IMG/VR virus record: IMGVR_UViG_2974799246_000001
Coordinates: 64,001 to 128,000 of that record
Origin: a virus
Lineage: Duplodnaviria > Caudoviricetes
DNA length: 64,000 nucleotides
Reading direction: 5' to 3' (one strand)
The translations under genes and the position numbers were made by a program. Positions 9,980 to 20,481 of this stretch are shown here, piece after piece (the stretch's first letter is position 1; each line of letters starts with the position of its first letter). The notes under the pieces were generated by a model, which saw only the letters and a list, made by a program, of their open reading frames with translations, was not told the DNA's origin and did not search any database.

Positions 9980-9988
9980 GATTACTCC

Positions 9989-10621
9989 TTACGGCCAGGT
10001 AGTGCCTTGATCTTTTGTCGGGTCAACCCAGATTGTTCCAGCGGCAACTGCGCCCGGCTGGGTAGCACTCACGATGATAGACAGACGGCCAGCAGGACCC
10101 GCTGCACCAGTAGGACCAGTAGGACCTGTAGCGCCAGTCTTACCAGTAGGGCCTGTGCCACCACGAGGACCAGTAGGCCCTGTAGGCCCCATAGGACCTG
10201 TGCGACCGTCTGGGCCAGTAGGACCAACAGGTCCAGGCAGACCATCACGGCCATCAGGACCGGGAATACCCTGCTCACCGTCAGGGCCTATCTCACCGTC
10301 ACAGCCCTGTTCACCAGGATTACCGTCACGCCCATCACGACCGTCTTTGCCGTCTGCACCAGTTTCACCACGACCACCCTGACGACCTTCTGGTATGTCA
10401 GCAGCAGTAGGGAAACCATTGACCTTAACAGTCTGTCCGTTAGCAAACTTGAGCGTCAGAATACCGCTGGTGGCATCGAACGACGAGTCGGCAGTAAGCT
10501 CGGACGGCACGTCTGCATCAGAAGGATTGATAGTCAGCGTACCGCGCGAAGCTCTGATTGGAGTGGGCGTAGAAGACGAACCCGCTTGAATGAGGCCCGT
10601 GTTTACTTTAATCAGACCCAT
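9989..10621 (-). CDS. Collagen-like fibre protein
   Basis: 210 aa. Long Gly-X-Y run containing GCDG; FDATSGIL...GFPT motif. Confidence 0.85.
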   Translation of the reverse strand: MGLIKVNTGLIQAGSSSTPTPIRASRGTLTINPSDADVPSELTADSSFDATSGILTLKFANGQTVKVNGFPTAADIPEGRQGGRGETGADGKDGRDGRDGNPGEQGCDGEIGPDGEQGIPGPDGRDGLPGPVGPTGPDGRTGPMGPTGPTGPRGGTGPTGKTGATGPTGPTGAAGPAGRLSIIVSATQPGAVAAGTIWVDPTKDQGTTWP

Positions 10622-12063
10622 TACGTTTTCTCCGCTTTAGCAACGATATCCGTATTGTGCACCAGCACATCTCCTACGAAGTAACAGTCAAACGGGTCAA
10701 CATCTATATCAACCGTCTGCACTTGCTCATCAACGCGAACAAATTCAGATACAGCGATAGGTCCTTTACGACCTAAGACAGTTTGACCAATACGAACGTC
10801 ACGCGCAGGAACATAGCGCCATACGGACTCATCATAAATCAATACTGGGTGTTCGTGAGTGAACTTTTGACCGTTGATCACATAGTAATGATCTTCTTGG
10901 CCGAGCTTCAACGCTTTCACCGCAGCGTACACGGTGTTGCCTTTGAGACTAGGCGAAGACCAATTACGAAACTCCTTAGGCTGGTTCGAGTAGCCAAGCA
11001 GCGCATCGCCGACACGCAAGTTCTCTACAGCTTTAGGACCAACGATAGTGTTCACGGTACTGCCAAACACGATACAGCCAGATGTTGCAGTGTTGATAGG
11101 GTTACGCGCCACGACAGTCAGAGCAGAACGCACCGTAACAGTCGGACGTGATGGTTGACCCATATCAGTTACGAGACAGCTAATGGTGCCTTTGATCGAA
11201 CGATCAGCACCTAAGCCTAAACGCAGATAGAAGTTGACAATGCAGGTATTTGTCTCGACAGCATCAAGAGTCACACCCTCTGTGGTCGTGATAGTCCATT
11301 TGTACTTATACGGACCAACGCCACCACGCGCATTGACAGGCAGATACGCCAACGAAGTAAACACATCAGAGCCTTGCACTGTACGTTGACCTACCATGTA
11401 CAGATTAGACACTGACGCAGCAAGAGGTGTGATTGTAGGCAGAGGCGGCGCAGGAGTAACGTTGGCTGTAGGGTACAACCAGACGAACACTTTACCGTCT
11501 GTAGGCTGTGTGCTCGATAGCACTGCTGTAGTGATAGGCGCTGGCCCAGTAGCACCCGTAGCACCAGCAATACAGCTAGGACCATCGTTACCACGAGGAC
11601 CGATAGGCCCTGTAGGACCCGTTGCGCCGTCAGGACCAGTAGGACCGTCAGGACCTTGACGCCCAGTGTCTCCTGGAGGACCGTCTTCACCGTCACGTCC
11701 AGGGTCACCTACAGGACCAGTCTTACCTCTATTGCCTACACCGCCCGGACAACCTTGTTTGCCGGTCTCACCATCACGCCCGTCACGTCCATCTCGACCA
11801 GGAGAACCTGGAGCGCCTCGACGCCCAGGTTTACCTTCGCCAAACATCGCAACAGTGGGCAATCCAGGGATGTTCACCACATCCCCGTTCTGCTTGATGA
11901 ATACCAACACACCTGTCTTGCTGTTAAATCTTACGCTGGCGAGCTGTGTTAATGTTGCCACATCGGAGTTTTCAAACTTAGCCACTCCGTCAACACCGAT
12001 CAATGATTTACCTTCATCGTTCGGTGTTGTTTCGACTTGCGAAAGTTTTAACTGTGTTGTCAT
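10621..12063 (-). CDS. Collagen-like fibre protein with Ig-like domain and C-terminal Hint (intein-like) domain
   Basis: 480 aa. Gly-X-Y run, [10 protein letters not shown] Ig-like segment, then [10 protein letters not shown]...FTHEHP...[11 protein letters not shown]. Confidence 0.85.
   Translation of the reverse strand: MTTQLKLSQVETTPNDEGKSLIGVDGVAKFENSDVATLTQLASVRFNSKTGVLVFIKQNGDVVNIPGLPTVAMFGEGKPGRRGAPGSPGRDGRDGRDGETGKQGCPGGVGNRGKTGPVGDPGRDGEDGPPGDTGRQGPDGPTGPDGATGPTGPIGPRGNDGPSCIAGATGATGPAPITTAVLSSTQPTDGKVFVWLYPTANVTPAPPLPTITPLAASVSNLYMVGQRTVQGSDVFTSLAYLPVNARGGVGPYKYKWTITTTEGVTLDAVETNTCIVNFYLRLGLGADRSIKGTISCLVTDMGQPSRPTVTVRSALTVVARNPINTATSGCIVFGSTVNTIVGPKAVENLRVGDALLGYSNQPKEFRNWSSPSLKGNTVYAAVKALKLGQEDHYYVINGQKFTHEHPVLIYDESVWRYVPARDVRIGQTVLGRKGPIAVSEFVRVDEQVQTVDIDVDPFDCYFVGDVLVHNTDIVAKAEKT
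10654..11076 (-). other. Hint/mini-intein domain (141 aa)
   Basis: Cys1, block B TxxH (THEH), terminal His-Asn and +1 Thr are all present; no endonuclease insert. Confidence 0.8.
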
Positions 12064-14402
12064 TTCGGTTCAACCTTAATGCACAAGTTACCAGTCAGCT
12101 TCGAACCATAGCTAGTGATCTGCGAATCAACGATACGCACCTTAGCGACGATATCAATGAAGCCTTGTGGTTGGTTCTCTTTCAGCACCGTGAACATCTG
12201 CGTCAGGCTCACGTTCGAATACGCAATCACTTCTGTCAGACTCGTATCAGAGGTAACTACGTTGAAGCCTGCGCTACCAGTACCTTTGAGGCCACGGCCA
12301 TATTCAGCTTCGGACACGCCAGGCATCTTAAACGACAGGACGTATTCGATATGCTCTTTGCCACTTGTAGCAGCAAAGCCTGGACCAAGTTGACACTGGA
12401 AGTCAGCGATGCACGTCAGGAACACACCCTTAGAGAAGTCGATACGTTGAACGATGGTCAGTTCTTCGGAGTCTTCGACGTTCTGTTGGATGTTGTACAT
12501 GTTCTTCGGGTCGGCTTCTTCGGCGAGCGCCTGTGTATTGCTGATCGTAATCTCTGGCCATGTGCCTTTGATAACGATACCTTCACCCTGAATGATTGAA
12601 GGAGCAGCGATTGGCACGTCGATTGGAGGCAGACCTTGACGCTTGAACATGTAACCTGTTGGCGTAGGAATAGCGTCGATGATAACACCATCAACTGAGC
12701 TATCTTTTGAACCTACAGCCATGACGTTCTCGAAGATTGTTATCTCAACGAGTGTATCGGCAGGTACCTGCGAAGTTGTTTTCAGTACGTTGCCAGCTAC
12801 CGTGAAGTCAAGCGGATGAACGGTCAGACCGCCCATTGCCATTACGCAGTGCGCTTTATTCAGTGGTGTAGTTGGCAGAACAAATGTATCAGCATCATAA
12901 GGCAGGCGATACTGAGCAACACGAATACGAGTAGACCAGTTGGCGCGTTCTTCATAGCGAGCCACGTAGAATGAATACTTCTGACCAGATGGAATTGCTT
13001 CGGTCAGCGTTACCTTGTTACCAGCATTGAGCTTGTAGACCGTCGTTGGCTGCCAAGTAGAACCGACAACGCAGAAGATCATGTCAACGCTATCAATCGG
13101 CTTGTTGCCGAGAGTGAACGTAGTAGTCTGGCCGTCACCTGTGCCTTCGTATGTATCGAACAACACCACATGGCCCTGCGACGGTTCAATACGGAACTGT
13201 CTTAGGTCAAGCGTCATACGCTGTTCAGGATAGGACGAAAGCAGAAGCTGGTCATCAACAACGCTGTACGCAACACGAGGCTGCAAGACACCTGATGTAC
13301 CTACAAGAAGGTCAGTAGAGCTATCAAGGATCTCGGACAGCGTGTAGCGCATCTTATCAGGAGTTGCTGTAGTCACGACGGAGCTAAACAGCATCTTGCC
13401 TGGAGGTACGAACAACGTCGCCATTGTCTGACGAGAGCTACCACCAACAGGCGCCCAATAAGGCTTCGCGTCTTTACCGCGCATCAATGCCCAGGATTCA
13501 GGCACTTCATTGTTATCAGGCCAAGGTAGACCAGCAGTAGGCGTAGTCGGGTTAGTGATTCGACGCCATACAGCAATCGTCGTCTGGGCAGATACGAATG
13601 GAATCGCACCGTCTTGGTTAACAAGCTGTCCGCCTGTGAACTTGAAGTGACGACACGCACCAGCACCTGTACCTGAGATTGTTTGAATAAGCACAATCTC
13701 ATTCGCTTTCAACACGGTAGACAGCGAAGCAATCTTGAACGTGTTAGCGTTAATGAATCCAGACGAGGTAATCTGACCACTGAACACACGGTCATGCTCG
13801 CTGAATGCCCAGTAGTAGGAGCCTGCTCCATAACGATACGCAGTGCCTGGAGAGCGCGAGCCATCAGAGTTAACGTGCATGTCGAGTACAGACACGGCAT
13901 TGAACACGTTGTCGCTCAAGCTCGGCAGATTTTCAAGCGTGGCCACACTCGGAATAGAAGTGTAGTCGGCCATCTTAACAGCAAGAATCTTTTGAATGTC
14001 CTGCTGAATATGAACGAGTAAGCTCACACGACTGATACTGTTAGGTACAGCGATGATAGGCTCTTGCAGGACAATGTGACCAAACGGTCTATTGTCAGAA
14101 AGCATAATCAGTATTTCACCGACACGCTTCAACTGCTCCCCAGCGGTGTAGCTGAGTTTTATGTCAAAGATAAAGCGAGCGCTGTTCTCGGTAAGAACCT
14201 GAACATATGACAATGCGCCCGACGCAAGCTCGTTGCCAAGTAACTGCTCTGGAACCACTGCTGGGTTAGAGCCTACAAAGTCACCTGCTTTAAACGACAC
14301 TGGCTGGACAGCGAGTCCGCCAGAATTAGCGTTCGCAACGGCCTGTTCTCCCTGAGGCGTTAGACGCAGAACGTCAACGTAGATAGATTCAGTGGCCATC
14401 AA
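12060..14402 (-). CDS. Baseplate-attached tail fibre/collar protein
   Basis: About 780 aa. N-terminal LTPQGEQAVANA..FKAGD resembles the tail-collar fibre N-domain; repeated GDGQTTTFTL-type beta modules. Confidence 0.7.
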   Translation of the reverse strand: MMATESIYVDVLRLTPQGEQAVANANSGGLAVQPVSFKAGDFVGSNPAVVPEQLLGNELASGALSYVQVLTENSARFIFDIKLSYTAGEQLKRVGEILIMLSDNRPFGHIVLQEPIIAVPNSISRVSLLVHIQQDIQKILAVKMADYTSIPSVATLENLPSLSDNVFNAVSVLDMHVNSDGSRSPGTAYRYGAGSYYWAFSEHDRVFSGQITSSGFINANTFKIASLSTVLKANEIVLIQTISGTGAGACRHFKFTGGQLVNQDGAIPFVSAQTTIAVWRRITNPTTPTAGLPWPDNNEVPESWALMRGKDAKPYWAPVGGSSRQTMATLFVPPGKMLFSSVVTTATPDKMRYTLSEILDSSTDLLVGTSGVLQPRVAYSVVDDQLLLSSYPEQRMTLDLRQFRIEPSQGHVVLFDTYEGTGDGQTTTFTLGNKPIDSVDMIFCVVGSTWQPTTVYKLNAGNKVTLTEAIPSGQKYSFYVARYEERANWSTRIRVAQYRLPYDADTFVLPTTPLNKAHCVMAMGGLTVHPLDFTVAGNVLKTTSQVPADTLVEITIFENVMAVGSKDSSVDGVIIDAIPTPTGYMFKRQGLPPIDVPIAAPSIIQGEGIVIKGTWPEITISNTQALAEEADPKNMYNIQQNVEDSEELTIVQRIDFSKGVFLTCIADFQCQLGPGFAATSGKEHIEYVLSFKMPGVSEAEYGRGLKGTGSAGFNVVTSDTSLTEVIAYSNVSLTQMFTVLKENQPQGFIDIVAKVRIVDSQITSYGSKLTGNLCIKVEPK

Positions 14403-14428
14403 AGAACTCCTTGGGTTTTAACTCATCT

Positions 14429-14436
14429 AAATTAGC
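14429..14436 (-). promoter_or_regulatory. Putative late promoter motif GCTAATTT
   Basis: Lies between a terminator and the start of the fibre operon. Confidence 0.6.
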
Positions 14437-14443
14437 GTAAATG

Positions 14444-14480
14444 AAAAAGGGAGCCGGAACATGTGCTCCAGACTCCCTTT
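14444..14480 (-). terminator. Rho-independent terminator
   Basis: AAGGGAGTCTGGAGC-ACAT-GTTCCGGCTCCCTTTTT downstream of the 1511-aa gene. Confidence 0.85.
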
Positions 14481-14483
14481 ATT

Positions 14484-17400
14484 TTACTGATAGCGCACTG
14501 TGATTACTGCGGTTCCGAACGCACGAGCGTTTGTGCGATAGATCAAGACGTTCTCTGTCAAGTTATCATACACAACCTTTCCTACGATTGGTCCCTTCTT
14601 ACCGTTATCTCCAGTGACAGGCCATTGAGCACCATCGAACCCAAGCCACCCTTTGTTTACTGCGCCTGTGCTGTCTGCGGCTGCTGCGAAAACAGCTTGA
14701 CCGTATGACTGCCTAACAACAAAGTAACCGTATTCATCTGTCTTGGTAGACAACACGAACTGACCACCGTTGTTAGAACGCAAGCGCGTAGGCAATTGAG
14801 CGAGCGCAATGCTAACGCCTGTTATACCGAATGGCGCAATGCCGAAGCGTGGATAGGACGACATAGCTTTCATGAAGTGCGTCTGTGTTAAGCGCTGCTG
14901 ACCTTCGGTATACAGTGCTTTCACACCGAAATCAGTATCGTTCAATAACAGGCCGATGGTTAGGCGTCCAGTCTGCGCGTTGATTGATATGCCTTGCACG
15001 TCAACCACGTCACCCTTACTGTTCGTTATCTGCCACAAGCATTTCGCACTAACATCATCTTTGACGAACGTACCAGTGCGGCCTAACAGCGCATTCATCT
15101 GCATAGAGCTATCATCACGAACGTTGGTGTAACCGCCGACTGTAAGGTCTTGCGGGAAACCTACGCCAGGACAAGTAATCTCTTGCACCAGACTGATTTC
15201 AGTACGCTGCTCGGTAATGATACATTCCACCTTCACTGTCTGTGGGTCTTTCGAGGCAGGGAAACGGAACGTGCCGTCTTGAGCCAAGCTGAATCCACTT
15301 ACAGAGTTGATGACGTTCCATTTAAATTTAACCGAGTTCGCATCTGGAATCGCGGACGAACCACCAGCACCAGAACGACGCTGATAGTAAGCGATAAAGC
15401 GATAGTCAGTGTTCGGGTTAATATTGCCTGCAGGATTCTCGATGTAGCCGTTAAGAATCGTGTTCTGCGTCTGCAACTGAATGGTACGAGTACCTGTGAT
15501 TGTCTCGTCTGCTAACGACTGAGGGTTTTGTTTGGTGAATACCGCACGTAGCCCAATCTGACCGTCAGAGAGTTGTGACTGACCGATAAACAGGTGACCA
15601 TTGAGTGGGTCAATAGACACACCGTCCACGTTAGTCTCATCACCAATAGACCAGATAGCATCAGTAGACAGGAACTCATCGTCAGGGTCAATGATGACAC
15701 GCAGCGAGTAAGGGACATACCAGCGACCGTTCTCATAACCAATAGTTGGGTTACGATCAGACACATCCCAAACAACGTCTGGGCCTACGATACCAATCTG
15801 ACGGAGATACGTGTTTGCCTGTACGAGGAATACAAGCAGCGTCTTCTCAATCTGATATTGATCACAGGTGTAACGAGCACGAAGCATCACAGCACCATTG
15901 ACGTTCTGGCTTGGCGTGAGAGTACCTTCCGCATCAATCTCCGCAACCACGTCAGTCGTAGGAATCAGGACTTGCGTGTTGTTCGGACCATCTTGCGTGT
16001 AGTAGTTCTGCACAACAGACCATTCAGAATCAACTTCGAGGTCAAACGTTCGAGGAGTTTCTTCTGCATACGAACCATCGAGAGTACGCATTACACCACC
16101 GGTCTTATATGTGTTAACCAGAGTGTAGGACTCGTTCAACACACCAGCAGAGATTTGCGTGGCACCTTCGATGCGGCTGTTAATGATGTTGTTTATGCTT
16201 TGCTTAGGTGCAGGCGAAACAATCAGGTCGATCTTATTGCTCACACGGAAGAATGAAGCAATGACCTGCGTGTACGTGTCGTAATCAGTCAGGCTCTTAC
16301 CTGTTTGGAGAATCGCACCATCGTAATACGCTTTATCCAGATCTGCCAGACTACCGATAGCGTTGAACATAGGCAGTTTGCTTACGTCCATACTACGGAA
16401 GTCTTTGTAATCAACAGGCGCACGTCCTTCGATGATCTCAACCACAGCAGAACCAGAGTAACGACCAGGCGAGAACTGCAAGAACTTGTACTCGTCTTCG
16501 TTTTTCTCAGGCCAGTTGCCTGTCCACTCTGCGGCTGTCACGTATTCCTGTGAGCCATCAACATAAGTTGCGAGCAAACGGACGAACGTGCGAGACTTCT
16601 CATACATCGTGTCTGGGCATTCAATCGTGATACTATCTACCAGCGAACGCACAGGGATAAGCTGTAGGTCACGATAGTTGGTGAGCGTTGTACCTTCGAA
16701 CTCGTAGGTCAGGTGCACACGCGCAGAACCATGCAGGTCACCCTGATAGTAAAGCACATACTCTTTGACGCTACGTTTCATCACAGGGTCATAAACATCA
16801 ATCGTGGAGAAACTGATATTCAACGTCACCCAGCGAGCGTAGTCAGGATTGTCTGGGTCAAATTGACTTGGGTCCTGTCCTTGTTCGACTGCCTGTTGTT
16901 GTAGCCTGATAGTACGAGCGCGAGCTTCTTCACGCGCACTATCTGACGGAAGATACTCAACCGTCGCAGCAGCCGCAGCAGCGTAGGACAGGCCGTTATT
17001 CCACAGGCACATAATCGGCAGCATGAGCGTAGAGCCGCTACTGATTGTTGGTGAGCTACGCAGGTCAACCGATTTAGGAATCATGATCGTATCGTTAATC
17101 ATGATGATGCGATTGAACGTCTGCACACCAGAACCTTCGATGTACGAGAAGTTAAGCGCATACGGCAGAGCGTTCCCATCAACCAATGGAGCTTCGAACT
17201 CACCTGTCTGCTGGTCAACACGAGGCAGAGCGTTAACGCCAGTAGCAGAGTCTTCGCTACTAAACCAGATGCCAAACACTTCGGTGTATGCAACCACAAT
17301 TGTAGGGTCACGCGCAGCAATCTGTTCAGCAGTAGCAGAAGCCAGCACATACAACGCCATTGCTTTTGGGCGAATGATATCACGTTCAACCACAGTATCA

Positions 17401-19019
17401 AGAACAACAATGTCGATTGTCGCAAGATTAATCTCTGGCGCTTTCAACACAACCTGCTTAACTGCTTCGACAGGCACAACGTTACCGAATGCTGCATAGA
17501 TGGACGTCATGTAGTCTTGGCGCATCACCTTAGATTTGAGAACGTTCTCCACAATCTCGGTGTGCTCGCTGGTGGTACGTGCTTGAGCCACGCCCAGCTT
17601 AGACGTTCCATCGTTGTACGTAACGGCGTAACGCAGACTGAACTCCTCGCCTTGAGGAATCTCATCATCAACAATGATACGCAGCTCGGTCGGCACCAAA
17701 TCTTTCACGCTACGATTAACGTCAAACTCTTTGGTCTGGGACATATCAAACTGTCCCTGATACTTGACGTTGATATCAATCTTCGTATCGGCGTCCACGC
17801 TAGGCAAATTGAGAGTTGTACCATTGAATGTGCCGAGGGAAGAGGACAGAGCGATCATGCCACTATCGGTCAGTTCTTTGGTCGAGCCTGTTGCAAGGTA
17901 CTTACCATACACCCGCACCTTAGCGCTGGCGTTACCGTACAGCGTTGGGCATTCGATTGTCAGTTCATCAGGGTCAGGCTCAACACCCATAGGATAGATG
18001 CGAGACTCAAGAGGCTGACTGGTTCCGTTGTACGTTAGAGTCAGATTGATAACAGAGATGGCCAGAGGCTCATTGAAGCGCACTGCATTACCGTCGCGTT
18101 CTGCAATCCAATCAGAGTCTTCTACCCACACCTCTACCGTTTCTTCCGTACTGTCACTGTAGCTGATAACAGCGCCAAACGTAGTCCACTCGCCACCGCG
18201 AATGAACTCAGGCTGGATGAATGCGATTGAGGACTGGATAGGTCTACCAACGTTGAAACGACGTATTGGTTCGACAACGACGTGAGCACCGAGATACAAC
18301 TTCGCACCGATATTAATCGCGGCATAGACACCCTCCAATACTTCTTCGATAGGCGCCCACTGATAGAACAGGTCTGCAATACGGCGCTGGAACATTGCGC
18401 TTCGTGCCGTGTACTGTTCAACATCGTTATTCACAGGTTCAAAGCCGATATGGTTGTTGAACCAATCTTCCGCTTCTTGCTGCGTCATGCCCACTTCTTG
18501 CAGAGCGTTAACAACATCCTGTTCTGCATCTTTCGTGATCGTCAGGTCAAGGCCACCGTCAATTAGATGTGCATCGACTTCGAGATTCACCTTGTTCGTT
18601 TTGTACCACGTACCTCCGTCTTGAATGAGAGTACCAAGAGGTGTGGGCACGAATGTCTGATAGTCCGCCGTATATAAGCGCGTAGAATCAAACTGACCAC
18701 CGAGAAGCATACCAACGAACTTAGGCCATTGAGTAGTACCAGACACCTGCTGCCAATCAGGCAAACAGTCAATGACGCGTTTCAGCGAAGGCAAACGATA
18801 CTGCATCAGGTCGCGTGTGATGTTGATGCCAAGCTGGCGAATAGCAGCTTCGGCCAGCTCGTCGTTTGTGTCTGCGGTGATACGACGAAGGTCCAACAGT
18901 TGTTGAATGACTGTCAGGTTCTGTTCGTCGTTGTGCGCGTCAAGCATCTCGAACAACTCTGCCCATGCTGGATTGCTTTCAATGAAGTCAATGTTGAAGG
19001 CTAGAGTGTTTGTCTTCAC
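14484..19019 (-). CDS. Large baseplate wedge protein with Ig-like repeats
   Basis: 1511 aa. Follows the gp6-like gene, in the position expected for gp7/P2 gpI-like wedge proteins; many Ig-like repeats (e.g. ATYVDGSQEYVTAAEW). Confidence 0.7.
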   Translation of the reverse strand: MKTNTLAFNIDFIESNPAWAELFEMLDAHNDEQNLTVIQQLLDLRRITADTNDELAEAAIRQLGINITRDLMQYRLPSLKRVIDCLPDWQQVSGTTQWPKFVGMLLGGQFDSTRLYTADYQTFVPTPLGTLIQDGGTWYKTNKVNLEVDAHLIDGGLDLTITKDAEQDVVNALQEVGMTQQEAEDWFNNHIGFEPVNNDVEQYTARSAMFQRRIADLFYQWAPIEEVLEGVYAAINIGAKLYLGAHVVVEPIRRFNVGRPIQSSIAFIQPEFIRGGEWTTFGAVISYSDSTEETVEVWVEDSDWIAERDGNAVRFNEPLAISVINLTLTYNGTSQPLESRIYPMGVEPDPDELTIECPTLYGNASAKVRVYGKYLATGSTKELTDSGMIALSSSLGTFNGTTLNLPSVDADTKIDINVKYQGQFDMSQTKEFDVNRSVKDLVPTELRIIVDDEIPQGEEFSLRYAVTYNDGTSKLGVAQARTTSEHTEIVENVLKSKVMRQDYMTSIYAAFGNVVPVEAVKQVVLKAPEINLATIDIVVLDTVVERDIIRPKAMALYVLASATAEQIAARDPTIVVAYTEVFGIWFSSEDSATGVNALPRVDQQTGEFEAPLVDGNALPYALNFSYIEGSGVQTFNRIIMINDTIMIPKSVDLRSSPTISSGSTLMLPIMCLWNNGLSYAAAAAATVEYLPSDSAREEARARTIRLQQQAVEQGQDPSQFDPDNPDYARWVTLNISFSTIDVYDPVMKRSVKEYVLYYQGDLHGSARVHLTYEFEGTTLTNYRDLQLIPVRSLVDSITIECPDTMYEKSRTFVRLLATYVDGSQEYVTAAEWTGNWPEKNEDEYKFLQFSPGRYSGSAVVEIIEGRAPVDYKDFRSMDVSKLPMFNAIGSLADLDKAYYDGAILQTGKSLTDYDTYTQVIASFFRVSNKIDLIVSPAPKQSINNIINSRIEGATQISAGVLNESYTLVNTYKTGGVMRTLDGSYAEETPRTFDLEVDSEWSVVQNYYTQDGPNNTQVLIPTTDVVAEIDAEGTLTPSQNVNGAVMLRARYTCDQYQIEKTLLVFLVQANTYLRQIGIVGPDVVWDVSDRNPTIGYENGRWYVPYSLRVIIDPDDEFLSTDAIWSIGDETNVDGVSIDPLNGHLFIGQSQLSDGQIGLRAVFTKQNPQSLADETITGTRTIQLQTQNTILNGYIENPAGNINPNTDYRFIAYYQRRSGAGGSSAIPDANSVKFKWNVINSVSGFSLAQDGTFRFPASKDPQTVKVECIITEQRTEISLVQEITCPGVGFPQDLTVGGYTNVRDDSSMQMNALLGRTGTFVKDDVSAKCLWQITNSKGDVVDVQGISINAQTGRLTIGLLLNDTDFGVKALYTEGQQRLTQTHFMKAMSSYPRFGIAPFGITGVSIALAQLPTRLRSNNGGQFVLSTKTDEYGYFVVRQSYGQAVFAAAADSTGAVNKGWLGFDGAQWPVTGDNGKKGPIVGKVVYDNLTENVLIYRTNARAFGTAVITVRYQ

Positions 19020-20479
19020 TGGTTCATCTTCCTTTCGCTGTAGGTGATGTTAATGCGAAGGTTACGCAGCGCCACATACTCAAGCATCGTGTTAGGAATG
19101 ATATCCTGGACAGGGCTTTCGATGTTGCAGTAGTCCACTACAGGTCTACGCTTAGGCTGGTCTACATCAGTCCAGTCATACAACACACGGTCTGTAATGT
19201 CAGACAGAGCAAGGCGTTTACCCAGCATACCAGGACGGCGCTCAAACAGTTTAAGCACGGACGCTTCGAGTGTAGCCTGATTTGATTCACGCGTACCAGG
19301 TGCGTCAGCGTACAGAGCCACATTCAAGATGCAGTCAATCTGGAGTTTATCAGGGTTCCACGATTGCACATCGAGAGGACTGTGGTACTGTGCAAGCCAG
19401 TTCAAGAACTTCGTCCATTGCGCAGAAGTAGGATTAGGATTAATGCCTCCCCACGTGCTGGTGTTACGAGGCAGAATGCAGCAGCGCACAACGCCTTGCC
19501 ACTCACGATCATTTGGTGCAATCTCCGCCTGACCTTGAACGACAACATCAGCAACGTCTGGATAGAGTGCGATGGCCGCTTTCCATTCGTCTCGGCGAAT
19601 CAGCTTCTTACGACTGCGACCGACGATGGGGCTGTAGTTGCGGTAGTAGTCCACAGGTGTTTCATCAGAACCACCGAGACACGCACTAACAGTCTTGCCT
19701 TGCAGTTGTGAGTTAGACAGGCACTGCACTTTCAGACCGATACTGTCTGTGTTGCTCGACGCACCGAGTGCTTTGATGCCCTGCACTTTCATCGTATAAC
19801 CAACAGGAGGTTGTGCTCCCCACTGCTCACCGCCGAATTGAATCTCAACGTCGCCCTCATCGGTTGTCACGTCGAGGAAGATTTGCTGGTCAGCATATGC
19901 TTCAAACAAACACTTGTCGAAACGCTGGAACTCAATCTTCGTGCCAGTGGGATGTTCGAACCACACACGCAGTTCATCGGTCAACTGGAAGTTCTCGGTG
20001 CCGAGTCGAATCGACATGTAATCGACAGCGTTAGGCACTACCTGACTGAACGTGAATGTTTCGGCAATGATGAAGTCCACGTTTTTAACTTCGCCTGGTT
20101 CCCACTGCGTAACTTCCGCCAACAGGGCGTTGAAGGTACCGATAGTGAACGGCGTGTACTTATCGTATGACTGTTTGATAGACGACAGGTTAGCAACCGA
20201 CGCTGTTACTGTAGATACGGATTTGCGTCCAATATCAACGCCGAGATAGCGGGCGTTAGCGAGGATTGAAGTGTTACGTCTGGCCAGACGACTGAACGCT
20301 TCACGCGCTGCAATCAGGTTAGCATATGAGTTCGTTACACCGATATCGCCGAGCGCATCCGCAAGCAATGACGTCAGGGAACTTACCTGCGCATCCGTCC
20401 AGTAACTCGATTTGTTGATACGCGAAAGGAAGTCTTGTGCAAACTCCTCGTGCGTGGTGTAGGTGTTAAGCATGGACAT
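19016..20479 (-). CDS. Baseplate wedge subunit (T4 gp6/baseplate J-like)
   Basis: 487 aa. AREAFSRLARRNTSILANARYLG, IQFGG..G..P and GGSDET..YR motifs. Confidence 0.85.
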   Translation of the reverse strand: MSMLNTYTTHEEFAQDFLSRINKSSYWTDAQVSSLTSLLADALGDIGVTNSYANLIAAREAFSRLARRNTSILANARYLGVDIGRKSVSTVTASVANLSSIKQSYDKYTPFTIGTFNALLAEVTQWEPGEVKNVDFIIAETFTFSQVVPNAVDYMSIRLGTENFQLTDELRVWFEHPTGTKIEFQRFDKCLFEAYADQQIFLDVTTDEGDVEIQFGGEQWGAQPPVGYTMKVQGIKALGASSNTDSIGLKVQCLSNSQLQGKTVSACLGGSDETPVDYYRNYSPIVGRSRKKLIRRDEWKAAIALYPDVADVVVQGQAEIAPNDREWQGVVRCCILPRNTSTWGGINPNPTSAQWTKFLNWLAQYHSPLDVQSWNPDKLQIDCILNVALYADAPGTRESNQATLEASVLKLFERRPGMLGKRLALSDITDRVLYDWTDVDQPKRRPVVDYCNIESPVQDIIPNTMLEYVALRNLRINITYSERKMNQ

Positions 20480-20481
20480 GG

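Noticed and set aside
4531-9988. In-frame stop-codon read-through fusing fibre genes (9-nt gaps at 4531-39, 9479-87 and 9980-88)
   Set aside because: Each gap is TAA-GGAG-N5-start, a stop codon overlapping an SD at normal spacing. The in-frame arrangement follows from that geometry, and TAA is rarely read through.
3712-12079. Plus-strand Pro/Gly-rich ORFs opposite the collagen genes
   Set aside because: Antisense shadows of Gly-X-Y codon repeats.
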